Source of the DNA: Candidatus Aminicenantes bacterium
GTDB lineage: Bacteria > Acidobacteriota > Aminicenantia > Aminicenantales > Aminicenantaceae
DNA length: 64,000 nt
Reading direction: 5' to 3'
NCBI GenBank assembly: GCA_030603565.1
Contig: JAUVXM010000006.1
Coordinates: forward strand, 607-64,606
The notes under the pieces were generated by a model that saw nothing but the letters and a program-made list of their open reading frames with translations, was not told the DNA's origin and ran no database searches. The position numbers and the translations under genes were made by a program. Below, piece by piece: positions 40,992-50,613 of the stretch (positions within the stretch are counted from its first letter, which is position 1; every line of letters starts with the position of its first letter).

Positions 40992-42377
40992 CTATTTTTT
41001 ATCTAAGGGCTTAATTGTGACTATCACGTAAGCTTTTTGGCTTAGATATCTTCCAGCTGTTTCTCTTAGATCGGAAGAACTGACTTTTTCTAAATTCTCA
41101 AGGTAAACTCCCCGGTCAGGGATTTCATTCATGAGCATAAACCTGGCCATAGAAGTTGCCAAATTGAGCCCTTTCTCTTGAGCACGCTCACCATTGAATC
41201 TGATGCGGTTTTTAGCGCTTCCCTCATAATCGGTTGCATAAAATTGCATATCAGTGAAAACGTCATCCGGGGAAAAATTCAAATTTCGAGCTTGTTTAAG
41301 GTACTTGATTATCTCCTTTTTAGCTCGGTTTAATTGTTGGGGCTTAAGTGCCAGGTAAATAAATATCGAACCTCCATATTTGTGGGCACTGTATCCCATA
41401 CGCATAGAATTGACAAAAATGCGTTTTTTTATCAGGGGATTGTAAAGCATAGGGTTGATTCCCCGACCCAAAATCTCGGTCAGAATATCCATGGCATAAT
41501 GATCTTTACTGTTGTAATCGGGACCTGAGACTCCTATGGCCAGGTATCCGATATTGATGTCCATTTCTGTGTTAATCTCAACTGTTTTTTTTAGAGTGAT
41601 AATTTTATCAAACTTAGGAGGGGAAAAATTTGTGCTTTGAAGACTGCCGAAAATATTATTAATTTTATCTTCCACATCTGCTAAGGATATATCTCCCACA
41701 ACAACAAGCGCACAGTTTTCAGGAACAAAAAAATTACGGTAAAATCCTTCCAGGACTTCGGTGGTTGCGGCTTCGATTATATCTTTTTTCCCATAGATCG
41801 GTAGATTATATGGATGATCTTTAAAAAGATTTTGGAATATTAGAGTAGAGGCAAGTTTAAAGGGATCATCCTGAATCTGGCTAATTTCTTCCAGAATAAC
41901 CTGTTTTTCTTTATCCAGGGCATTCTGGTCGAATTTTAGGTCAAAAAGGATTTCTTTCTGGTTGCGAAGGGCAAAATCAATATGTTCTGCGGGCAGGGTC
42001 ATTTCAAAGATAGAAAGGTCCCGGCCGGTATGGGCATTATAATATGCTCCATGACGCCTGACGTCCCGGCTGATTTCTTCACCTTTCCGGAATTTTGTTC
42101 CTCGGAATAAAATGTAATGTTCTAAAATATGAACAATGCCGTTTGTTTCAGCGGTTTCATCTTTAGAGCCTACATTAAAGGCAAGTACACAATTTACAAG
42201 CGGAATATTGGATTTCTTGTATAAAAAGACTTTTAGTCCATTATCAAGCGTAAATGATCTGCTTTTGTCAATTTTTTCCTGGTAAGCAGATAAATTGAGG
42301 AAAAGGCAGCTGACTAGGAAAACGACAAGAAAAAACGACAATCCTTTCATATGAAAGTCGTTGGATTGCTTCTTCAC
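40992..42377 (-). CDS. M16 zinc peptidase, catalytic subunit
   Basis: LDNGLKV, GIVHILEH (HxxEH), NAHT and EK.VILEE motifs; signal peptide. Start could be 42350. Confidence 0.9.
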   Translation of the reverse strand: MKKQSNDFHMKGLSFFLVVFLVSCLFLNLSAYQEKIDKSRSFTLDNGLKVFLYKKSNIPLVNCVLAFNVGSKDETAETNGIVHILEHYILFRGTKFRKGEEISRDVRRHGAYYNAHTGRDLSIFEMTLPAEHIDFALRNQKEILFDLKFDQNALDKEKQVILEEISQIQDDPFKLASTLIFQNLFKDHPYNLPIYGKKDIIEAATTEVLEGFYRNFFVPENCALVVVGDISLADVEDKINNIFGSLQSTNFSPPKFDKIITLKKTVEINTEMDINIGYLAIGVSGPDYNSKDHYAMDILTEILGRGINPMLYNPLIKKRIFVNSMRMGYSAHKYGGSIFIYLALKPQQLNRAKKEIIKYLKQARNLNFSPDDVFTDMQFYATDYEGSAKNRIRFNGERAQEKGLNLATSMARFMLMNEIPDRGVYLENLEKVSSSDLRETAGRYLSQKAYVIVTIKPLDKK

Positions 42378-42392
42378 TTAATTACTCGCAAG

Positions 42393-42442
42393 TATAAAAA
42401 AATGTCGATATTTATGATACTTAGAAAATTTAGAATAGTAAA
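42393..42442 (-). promoter_or_regulatory. Family E right-end fragment with sigma70-like promoter
   Basis: Minus strand reads TTTACT-N17-TATCAT-N7-GACATTTTTTTATA, near-identical to 63565-63613. Confidence 0.6.
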
Positions 42443-42534
42443 GCGAGCCTGGATCCAGTCCATTTGAAAATTACTGTTTGAACTTTTTTCGTGGCTGTAA
42501 TATTATTGAAACGCCAAATTAAGGAAATTATGCT

Positions 42535-43992
42535 ATGAGTGATAAGCGAAATGTTAAAATCCTAGTTGTGGATGATAAAGAAAACATCCGCAAATCTCTA
42601 AAAATGATCCTCGAATACGAAGGCAACACATTTCTTGAGGCTGCTGATGGAGAAGAAGCCCTTGAAATAATAGATGAGACAGTAGGTTTGGATTTGATTC
42701 TTCTGGATATTCAGCTTCCAGGGATGGATGGCCTGGAAGTGCTATCAGAGTTGAAAAAAAAGCCTTATTCACCGGAAGTAATCATGATCTCCGGACATGG
42801 AACGGTCCAAACTGCAGTAGAGGCAACTAAATTAGGCGCTTTTGACTTTATTGAAAAGCCTCTCCACCGGGAAAGAGTATTACTGAGTATCCAACATGCC
42901 TTAAATCAGAAACGATTAGAACGCGAATGTAAGGACTTACGTAAAAAAGCAGAAAAAAAATATCATCTTATAGGTAACCACCCTTTGATGAAAAAGCTCT
43001 GGGAGCAGATATTAAAGACAGCTCCTACTAATGCTACGATATTTATTTTTGGAGAAAGCGGTACTGGAAAAGAGCTGATCGCCAGGGCCATACATGAAAA
43101 CAGCTCCCGGAAAAATGAAGCATTTATTCAAGTAAATTGTGCTGCTATTCCGGAAGAGCTTATTGAAAGCGAGCTTTTCGGACATATTAGAGGGGCCTTC
43201 ACTGGAGCAACGGAAAAGAAAAAAGGGAAGTTCGAACTAGCAGATGGCGGTAGCATATTTCTCGATGAGATCGGTGATATGAGTTTAAAGACTCAGGCCA
43301 AAGTTTTGCGAGTTCTAGAAGAAGGAGAAGTGCAGAAGGTAGGGTCAAGCAAAACAGGAAAAGTAGATGTAAGAGTAATAGCGGCAACTAATAAGAATTT
43401 GAAAACAGAAATTAAGGAAGGGAATTTTCGTGAGGATCTATATTTCCGCCTGAATGTTGTGCCTTTGAATTCCCCTCCGCTGAGAGAAAAAAAAGAAGAC
43501 ATCCCTATTCTGATCGATTATTTCAATAAGAATTTTGTGAAGGAAAATAATTTTAGAGAAAAAAAATTCTCTGAAGATATAATTGAAGCTATGGTAAAAT
43601 ATCCCTGGAAAGGAAATGTGCGGGAGTTAAAAAATATTGTTGAGAGGATTATTATTATGACTGATTCTGATACAATAGCAAAAAAAGACCTTCCCAAGCA
43701 GATCAAAGGAGAAGCTAACGTATATTTTCCTGAGGCTGACAAGGTGAAAAGCCTGAAGGTATTCCGAGATTTGGCGGAGAAAGAGTTTATTTTAGCCAAG
43801 CTGGAGGAATGTGACTGGAATATATCCCAGACAGCAAGAGAGATCGAAACTCCCCGCAGTAATCTTTATAAAAAATTAGAACAATTTGGCATAAAAATAA
43901 AGGCTGGAGCGGGCAAGGTGGTTGCTCCTTCTTCTCGTAATAAGAATGGAGGGGAGGAAAGTCCGGACTCTATAGGGCAGGATGGTCGCTAA
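42535..43992 (+). CDS. Sigma54-dependent response regulator (NtrC/NtrX family); C-terminal tail overlaps rnpB
   Basis: Receiver domain (VVDD, LLDI, EKP), [28 protein letters not shown] and Fis-type HTH. Confidence 0.93.
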   Translation: MSDKRNVKILVVDDKENIRKSLKMILEYEGNTFLEAADGEEALEIIDETVGLDLILLDIQLPGMDGLEVLSELKKKPYSPEVIMISGHGTVQTAVEATKLGAFDFIEKPLHRERVLLSIQHALNQKRLERECKDLRKKAEKKYHLIGNHPLMKKLWEQILKTAPTNATIFIFGESGTGKELIARAIHENSSRKNEAFIQVNCAAIPEELIESELFGHIRGAFTGATEKKKGKFELADGGSIFLDEIGDMSLKTQAKVLRVLEEGEVQKVGSSKTGKVDVRVIAATNKNLKTEIKEGNFREDLYFRLNVVPLNSPPLREKKEDIPILIDYFNKNFVKENNFREKKFSEDIIEAMVKYPWKGNVRELKNIVERIIIMTDSDTIAKKDLPKQIKGEANVYFPEADKVKSLKVFRDLAEKEFILAKLEECDWNISQTAREIETPRSNLYKKLEQFGIKIKAGAGKVVAPSSRNKNGGEESPDSIGQDGR

Positions 43993-44287
43993 CAGCGACT
44001 CCGGGCGACCGGAGGAAAGTGCCACAGAAAACACACCGCCCTGTGCGGACTGCGTTTAAGCTGCCGCGCGGAGTAAGGGTGAAATGGTGAGGTAAGAGCT
44101 CACCGCCTTGATGGTGACATCAGGGGCAGGGTAAACCCCATCCAGAGCAAGACCAAATCGGACCCTGTTGAGGCTGCTCGTCTCGGGGCGGGTAGGTCGC
44201 TAAACCTCTTGAGAAATCAAGGGGTCAGATAAATAACCACCCCTGCTTTTATAAGGAACAGAATCCGGCTTACGTCCCACTCCAGCC
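43902..44287 (+). ncRNA. rnpB: RNase P RNA, bacterial type A
   Basis: GAGGAAAGTCCGG, GAAAGTGCCACAGAAA, AGGGTGAAA, GGTAAACCCC, GAGCAAG.CCAAAT and ACAGAATCCGGCTTA motifs; P1 GGCTGGAG / CTCCAGCC. Confidence 0.97.
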
Positions 44288-44349
44288 AAAAAAATGGGGA
44301 CAGGGTACTTTTTTTACTTCGGAAAAAAGTACCCTGTCCCCATTTTTTT
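44288..44349. terminator. REP-like perfect palindrome, probable bidirectional terminator between rnpB and nuoN
   Basis: AAAAAAATGGGGACAGGGTACTTTTTT ... AAAAAAGTACCCTGTCCCCATTTTTTT. Confidence 0.75.
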
Positions 44350-45781
44350 AAAAAGCCAGTGGTGCAACTGCTTGTTTGATGTAAAGCAGGATGTTTCCTG
44401 GAAAAATTCCCAACATAAGAACTCCATAAAGGCAGAGGAAAAGAACCAGGAATAAAGCCGGATTATAGGAGAATATCACTACATTTCGAGTAGGTTCGCG
44501 CATGTACATATAAATGACAATACGCAAATAGTAGAAAACTGAAATAAGGCTTGCCAGGACTCCGATAATCACTAAGGGAACCAGCCCCTTATGAACTGCA
44601 GAGGAAAAGATGTAAAATTTTGCCAGAAAGCCTCCAGTGGGAGGAAACCCGGCCAAGGAGAAAAGAAATACTGTAAAAGTGGCTCCTATCCAGGGGTAGC
44701 GGAATCCGATCCCAGAATAATCTTCCAATTCAAGGAATTCTTTGCCTTTTCGGCTCAAAGCAATCACTGCAGAAAAGGCACCGATATTCATAAACAGGTA
44801 TACAGTTAGATAGAATAACAAGCCTGAATTGTCACCAGCTAGGATTGCGACCAGGATATATCCTGCATGGGCGATGCTGGAATATGCCAGGATCCTTTTA
44901 ACATTTTTCTGTCTGAGAGCGACAAGGTTTCCGACTACCATAGTTAGGACGGATAATATCCAGAGGATATGAAAGAAAATTTCTGAATTAACGGCTTCCT
45001 TCCAGAAAGGAAAGAAAATACGCATCAGGACAGCAAAGCCGGCAGCCTTAGGTCCTACAGAGAAGAAGGCGGTAACTGGAGTAGGAGAGCCCTGATATAC
45101 ATCAGGGGTCCACATATGAAAGGGAACAACAGCGATTTTAAATCCGAATCCGATTATAATAAAAGCCATCCCGGTAAGTGCCATAAGGCTAAAGTTGGTC
45201 TCTACGTGGAAGAAATTCATAATAGTGCTGATATCTGTAGAAAAAACAGCGCCGTAAAGGAGAGCGATCCCAAAAACCAGGAAGGCGGATGCGAAGCTGC
45301 CGAGCAAAAAGTATTTTATCGCTGCTTCTGATGATCTTTCATCATCTCTTTTTAACCCGGCTAAAGCATAACTTGCCATAGATAATACTTCCAGGCCGAG
45401 AAAAATCACGAGGAAATCACGGGAAGAAACCATTATCATCATCCCGGAAAGGGCAAATAGGAGCAAGCCGTAGTATTCCCCGTGGTCGGTGTGCTGGAGG
45501 GAAAGATATTTAAGTGATATAAGCGTTATGAAAATAACAGTAAGGATCATAATCAGAAAAAAGAATAGAGCAAATTTATCCAACAGAAGAGTCCCCTCAA
45601 AATAGGAAAAACCCTTGTTCCAGAATTTTATGCATTCCGCCCCACTTGCCAAGAGGAAGAGGACGGCAATGAAACCTAAGTAGTCTTTTTTTTCTTTTTT
45701 TAGAAAAACTTCAAGCAGAATAATAAGTAGAGCACCGGTTACTATGGTTAAGATCGGATACAAAGCTGTATAAGTATTCAT
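44348..45781 (-). CDS. nuoN: NADH-quinone oxidoreductase subunit N
   Basis: EAAIKYFLLG, FKIAVVPFHMWTPDVYQG, KRILAYSSIAH and SLAGFPPT.GF..KF motifs. Confidence 0.95.
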   Translation of the reverse strand: MNTYTALYPILTIVTGALLIILLEVFLKKEKKDYLGFIAVLFLLASGAECIKFWNKGFSYFEGTLLLDKFALFFFLIMILTVIFITLISLKYLSLQHTDHGEYYGLLLFALSGMMIMVSSRDFLVIFLGLEVLSMASYALAGLKRDDERSSEAAIKYFLLGSFASAFLVFGIALLYGAVFSTDISTIMNFFHVETNFSLMALTGMAFIIIGFGFKIAVVPFHMWTPDVYQGSPTPVTAFFSVGPKAAGFAVLMRIFFPFWKEAVNSEIFFHILWILSVLTMVVGNLVALRQKNVKRILAYSSIAHAGYILVAILAGDNSGLLFYLTVYLFMNIGAFSAVIALSRKGKEFLELEDYSGIGFRYPWIGATFTVFLFSLAGFPPTGGFLAKFYIFSSAVHKGLVPLVIIGVLASLISVFYYLRIVIYMYMREPTRNVVIFSYNPALFLVLFLCLYGVLMLGIFPGNILLYIKQAVAPLAF

Positions 45782-47364
45782 TTGAGTAAAATATTAGTTT
45801 CTTCTTTTGATTCTTCGGTTTTATCTTTCTTGATTTTGATTATTAGTTCTTTTTCTTCTTTTTGTACGGATGCGGACACAGATGTTCTGCTTTTTATTTG
45901 ATGGAGAAGGTGGGTGACCGAAGCGTCCATCTTTCTTAGAAAAGGCCGAGGAAAGATTCCCATCCAGAACATCATAATGATAATAGGTATGAGAAATCCG
46001 AGCTCTCTTTTATTAAGATCTGGGAATGATTTGATTTTGTCATTGGTGATGGGACCTTGCATAACCCGTTGGTACATCCATAAAAGATATGCAGCCCCCA
46101 GAATAATGGTCAACACTCCCAGGGCAGCCAATGTATGGCTGGATTTGAAAATACCGAAAAGGCAAAGCACTTCACCTACAAAACCATTTAGGCCGGGCAG
46201 TCCTACTGAAGACAGCATACAGACAAGGAAAAATGCGGAAAAAACAGGCATCTGTTTGCTTACTCCCCCATAATCCTTAATAAGGCGTGTATGGGACCGT
46301 TCGTAAAGAATACCTACGCAGAGAAAGAGAGCGCCTGTACTTAAGCCGTGATTGAGCATCTGATAGATAGCCCCTTCCATAGCTTCAAAGTTTAGAGAAA
46401 AGACAGCCAGCATGATGAGACCCATATGGCTGACACTGGAGTAGGCTACCAAAGATTTTATATCTTTTTGTACGAGGGCCATAAGGGCACCGTATATGAT
46501 GCCTATAAGGCATAGGACTGCTAACAAAGGAAGGAACTTTTGGGCAGCATCTGGAAAAAGCGGCAGAGCAAAACGAAGGAAACCATAGGCCCCCATTTTA
46601 AGAAGGACTGCAGCCAGGATCACAGACCCGGCTGTAGGGGCTTGTACGTGAGCGTCGGGAAGCCAGGTGTGAAAGGGAAACAGGGGAACTTTAATAGCAA
46701 ATGCCAGAGCAAAGGCCAGAAAAAGCCAAATCTGAACACCTGGATCTAAGATAAGTTTCTGGAAATCAAATATATTAAGTGAATAAACTCCGCTGGCTTT
46801 ATAATAGGTGGAATAGAGGAAGAATATGGCAACCAGCATTAGCAGGCTGCCGAACATGGTAAATAGGACAAACTTAACTGTAGCGTATATTTTACGTTTG
46901 CCTCCCCAGATGCCGATAAGGAAATACATAGGGATAAGCATAGCCTCCCAGAATACATAAAAAAGAAATAGATTAAGAGACAAAAAGACCCCGATTATTC
47001 CGGTCTCAAGTATGAGCATGAAAATAAGGTACTCTTTTATTTTATCCTGAATAGAAGTCCAAGAGGATATAATGGCTATGGGAAAGAGGAAAACTGTAAG
47101 GATCACAAGCAGGAGGCTGATACCGTCGATTCCTACATGATAATTTATGCCGTAACCTATCCACTCAGCGGTTTCCACAAATTGAGGGTCTGCTGTGCTG
47201 CCGTCGAAATTAAAATACAGGGGGAGGGCAACTAGGAAGGTTAAGACAGTTACGGTAACAGCCAGATATTTCAGCAGATTTATTTTCTCTCTGGGGATAA
47301 AAATAAAAAGAATAGCTCCTGTAAGCGGTAAAAAGATCAAGATGCTGAGTATCGGTATGTTCAT
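45778..47364 (-). CDS. nuoM: NADH-quinone oxidoreductase subunit M
   Basis: FYVFWEAMLIPMY, IKVPLFPFHTWLPDAHVQAPT and GLPGLNGFVGE motifs. Confidence 0.95.
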   Translation of the reverse strand: MNIPILSILIFLPLTGAILFIFIPREKINLLKYLAVTVTVLTFLVALPLYFNFDGSTADPQFVETAEWIGYGINYHVGIDGISLLLVILTVFLFPIAIISSWTSIQDKIKEYLIFMLILETGIIGVFLSLNLFLFYVFWEAMLIPMYFLIGIWGGKRKIYATVKFVLFTMFGSLLMLVAIFFLYSTYYKASGVYSLNIFDFQKLILDPGVQIWLFLAFALAFAIKVPLFPFHTWLPDAHVQAPTAGSVILAAVLLKMGAYGFLRFALPLFPDAAQKFLPLLAVLCLIGIIYGALMALVQKDIKSLVAYSSVSHMGLIMLAVFSLNFEAMEGAIYQMLNHGLSTGALFLCVGILYERSHTRLIKDYGGVSKQMPVFSAFFLVCMLSSVGLPGLNGFVGEVLCLFGIFKSSHTLAALGVLTIILGAAYLLWMYQRVMQGPITNDKIKSFPDLNKRELGFLIPIIIMMFWMGIFPRPFLRKMDASVTHLLHQIKSRTSVSASVQKEEKELIIKIKKDKTEESKEETNILLK

Positions 47365-47365
47365 T

Positions 47366-49273
47366 TTAAAAAATTAAGTATCCTATTAAGATTATTGCTC
47401 CCAGAAGGAAGACAAGAGCATAGTCCTTGATCAGACCGGTATGGAGGCGGCTTAATATCAGGCCGAAAAAGCCGGTTGCGGAAGCACTGCCGTTTACAGC
47501 TCCGTCAATAATTTTCAAATCAAAATTTTTATATACAAATTTAGAACCTTTTATAGTCGGATTTACAAAAGTCGCGTTATAGATCTCATCTACATAATAT
47601 TTGTTATAAAGGAGTTTATAGAGAAAGGGGAACCTAGACACAAGTTTCTTCGGGATCTCAGGTTTTTTAAGATAAAAAACATATGCCAGATAAATTCCAG
47701 TTAAGGCTACTAAAACAGAAACAAGGATAAGCAGCCATTCTGTGCCGATACTTAAGTGTGCTTCATGTCCGGGTCCGCCGTGTATGATGGGTGCCAGGAA
47801 ACTGTTAAACCAGTTAATGTTTTTACCCAGCACTACAGGCATCCCGATATATCCGGCGACAACAGAAAAGAAAGCCAGGATCACAAGAGGTATAGTCATG
47901 GATTTGGGAGATTCATGCAGATGTGCCTTGGTTTCAGGTTCAAGCCGCTCTTTGCCGTAGAAGGTGAGAAATATCAGGCGGAACATGTAGAAAGCGGTTA
48001 GGATAGCTCCCAGAATGCCAAGCAGCCAGATTCCGTATTGTCCCCGGGCATAAGCACTGGTTAGAATTGCATCCTTTGAGAAAAATCCTGATAAAAAAGG
48101 TACTCCTGCTATAGCTATTGCGCCTATAAGAAATACCGGATAGGTGATAGGTAAGTATTTTCTCAACCCTCCCATCTTCCTCATATCAAGTTCACCGGAA
48201 AGAGCATGTATAACACTGCCGGCCGCAAGAAATAGCAGGCTTTTGAAAAATGCGTGGGTGTACAGGTGGAATATACCGGCTGCATATGCACCTACCCCGC
48301 AGCCTATAAACATATATCCTATTTGCGAGATAGTCGAATAAGCTAGAACGCGTTTTATGTCATTCTGAACCAGCGCCATTGTAGCTGCATATATGGCAGT
48401 TACTGCTCCGATGATAGCCACTACATTAGCTCCGGTCCCGGACAGGGTATAAAGAGCATTCATACGGGCGACCATATACACTCCGGCTGTTACCATAGTA
48501 GCCGCATGGATAAGAGCGCTGACCGGGGTTGGGCCTTCCATAGCATCTGGTAGCCAAACATAAAGGGGGATCTGAGCTGATTTTCCAGTTGCTCCCGCAA
48601 ACAGAAGGAGCGCTATCAGGGTAGCAATTCCCTGAGTTATGCTTCCCCCTGCTATGGCTTCATTAATAGCAGAAAATTCTCCGCTGCCTACATGGATAAA
48701 TATAAAGAAAATGCCCAGGAGAAATCCGGCATCTCCGATGCGGTTTACAATAAATGCTTTTTTGCCGGCATTAGCTGCTGAGTGTTTTTCATACCAGAAA
48801 CCGATAAGTATGTAGGAACAGAAACCTACTCCTTCCCAACCTACAAACATCAATACCAGATTAGAAGCCATGACCAGGATCAGCATAGAGAAAGTAAAAA
48901 GGTTCATAAGCGTGAAAAAACGGGCATAGCTTTTATCCTCAGCCATATATCCGATTGAGTAGATATGAATAAGAAGTCCCACTCCTGTTACTACGAAACA
49001 CATTACAGCTGTTAAAGGGTCGAATTGGAAAGAAAGGTCGGCTTTAAAACTGCCGGACTGGATCCAGGAAAAAAGATTTTTAACCAGGGGGGAGCTGCCC
49101 TGGGGCATTTGCATAAGGCCCACAAATGAGATAATGGTTATAGCAAAAGAAATAAATACAGCAAAACAAGCTTGAAAAGAAATATATTTACGAGGCAGTT
49201 TGGAGCCAAAAATAACAAGAATAAAGCTGCTTATCGCGGGAATAAACGGTATAAGCCAGAATATTTCTGTCAT
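47366..49273 (-). CDS. nuoL: NADH-quinone oxidoreductase subunit L
   Basis: GWEGVG, KKAFIVNRIGD, GKSAQIPL.VWLPDAMEGPTPVSALIHAATMV and HAFFK motifs. Confidence 0.96.
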   Translation of the reverse strand: MTEIFWLIPFIPAISSFILVIFGSKLPRKYISFQACFAVFISFAITIISFVGLMQMPQGSSPLVKNLFSWIQSGSFKADLSFQFDPLTAVMCFVVTGVGLLIHIYSIGYMAEDKSYARFFTLMNLFTFSMLILVMASNLVLMFVGWEGVGFCSYILIGFWYEKHSAANAGKKAFIVNRIGDAGFLLGIFFIFIHVGSGEFSAINEAIAGGSITQGIATLIALLLFAGATGKSAQIPLYVWLPDAMEGPTPVSALIHAATMVTAGVYMVARMNALYTLSGTGANVVAIIGAVTAIYAATMALVQNDIKRVLAYSTISQIGYMFIGCGVGAYAAGIFHLYTHAFFKSLLFLAAGSVIHALSGELDMRKMGGLRKYLPITYPVFLIGAIAIAGVPFLSGFFSKDAILTSAYARGQYGIWLLGILGAILTAFYMFRLIFLTFYGKERLEPETKAHLHESPKSMTIPLVILAFFSVVAGYIGMPVVLGKNINWFNSFLAPIIHGGPGHEAHLSIGTEWLLILVSVLVALTGIYLAYVFYLKKPEIPKKLVSRFPFLYKLLYNKYYVDEIYNATFVNPTIKGSKFVYKNFDLKIIDGAVNGSASATGFFGLILSRLHTGLIKDYALVFLLGAIILIGYLIF

Positions 49274-49274
49274 T

Positions 49275-49577
49275 TTATCCCTTCATACTCTTTATGTCTT
49301 CAGTTTTGATAGATTTTTTTTGGCGGTAGATCAATAATATAATGGCAAGGCCTATTGCAACCTCTGCGGCTGCAACAGTTATGACAAAAAAGACGATTAT
49401 CTGTCCGTCCAATGCAGAAGCTGATTTGGAAAAAGTGATAAAAGCGAGATTAGCAGCATTAAGCATTATTTCCACAGACAGAAATTGAGTTATGAGATCT
49501 TTTTTTACAAAGAAGGCGATAATTCCCAGCACAAAGAGTATTAAACTAAGGATTATAAAATAGCTCAAAGGAATCAT
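49275..49577 (-). CDS. nuoK: NADH-quinone oxidoreductase subunit K
   Basis: SVEIMLNAANL and VAAAEVAIGLAI motifs. Confidence 0.95.
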   Translation of the reverse strand: MIPLSYFIILSLILFVLGIIAFFVKKDLITQFLSVEIMLNAANLAFITFSKSASALDGQIIVFFVITVAAAEVAIGLAIILLIYRQKKSIKTEDIKSMKG

Positions 49578-50071
49578 TCTTTTTCCTTCTTTTTTACTAA
49601 AATAATCGCTCCAACAAGAGCAGTTATGATCAAGATCGAGGTGATCTCAAACGGGTATAAGTATTTTGTAAATAAAAGATATCCTAAGTCAGAGGGATTG
49701 CCGATTGCTTGGCTTGAGGAAGTGTTTAAGGGATTGAAAGCCATTTTTAAAGCTACGATTAGCTCGATAAATAGAATAACTGCAATCCCGGAAGCAAAAC
49801 CCGATGTCCATTTTTTCTTCTCAGGAGTGATACCTTTACGGACATCGACCATCATAATAACAAATATAAAAAGTACCATGATCGCACCTGCATAAATGAT
49901 GATCTGGATCACTGCGATAAAAGGAGCGTCAAGAAGGGCAAAAAAACCACCTGTGCAAGTAAAAGCGAGGATTACAAAGAGAGCACTGTATGCTTGGTTT
50001 TTAGAAATTATCATACCCAAGACTGAAGCTATACAGACAACAGAGAGTAAAAAAAATAGAAAATAAGCCAT
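49574..50071 (-). CDS. nuoJ: NADH-quinone oxidoreductase subunit J
   Basis: QIIIYAGAIMVLFIFVIM and YLYPFEITS motifs. Confidence 0.95.
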   Translation of the reverse strand: MAYFLFFLLSVVCIASVLGMIISKNQAYSALFVILAFTCTGGFFALLDAPFIAVIQIIIYAGAIMVLFIFVIMMVDVRKGITPEKKKWTSGFASGIAVILFIELIVALKMAFNPLNTSSSQAIGNPSDLGYLLFTKYLYPFEITSILIITALVGAIILVKKKEKE

Positions 50072-50196
50072 TTTTTTAGAGTTTTTTATTATATTTTTTG
50101 AAAGAATGTTATGTCAAGCAAATATTATAATAAAATTTATTTTTTCCTAGAATATGCGAGAGCCGGCATTTTTTATAAATAGTTCAGGCAATATCA

Positions 50197-50224
50197 TTGA
50201 CAAAGGAAAAATGTTTGCTATAAT
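50197..50224 (+). promoter_or_regulatory. Consensus sigma70 promoter of tRNA-fMet
   Basis: TTGACA-N16-TATAAT with extended TGn, 12 nt before the tRNA. Confidence 0.8.
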
Positions 50225-50236
50225 TAACTCTTACAT

Positions 50237-50313
<77 letters not shown>

Positions 50314-50613
50314 ATTTTCCCTATCTGTTACCCCGAAATAGTAATTTAGACACTTTTCCTGAAATTTGACTTTATAGAAATTTATAGCATAAAACAGCGT
50401 CAGACACGTCGCAAATCTTGACATTTTTTTAAAACCAATTGACCTATATTTTCTATCTCTTAAGTATTTTCATTGACAGTATATATTTTTTTTATGTATT
50501 ATTGTTGATACATTAGCTTAATGGGTGGAAGTTTGATGAAATTAAGTGAAGATTTTTATAAACAAAAAAACCAAATCCCTACCCATCAATTTTTTTAACT
50601 ATATATAAAATTT

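Noticed and set aside
43246..43257. ops-like GGCGGTAG (also at 62042) as a target of the NusG paralogue
   Set aside because: Both lie within coding regions, lack the nnTG ending and are not in operon leaders.
50326..50362. TGTTACCCCGAAATAGTAATTTAGACACTTTT as an IS terminal repeat
   Set aside because: No partner repeat or adjacent transposase was found; too weak to call.
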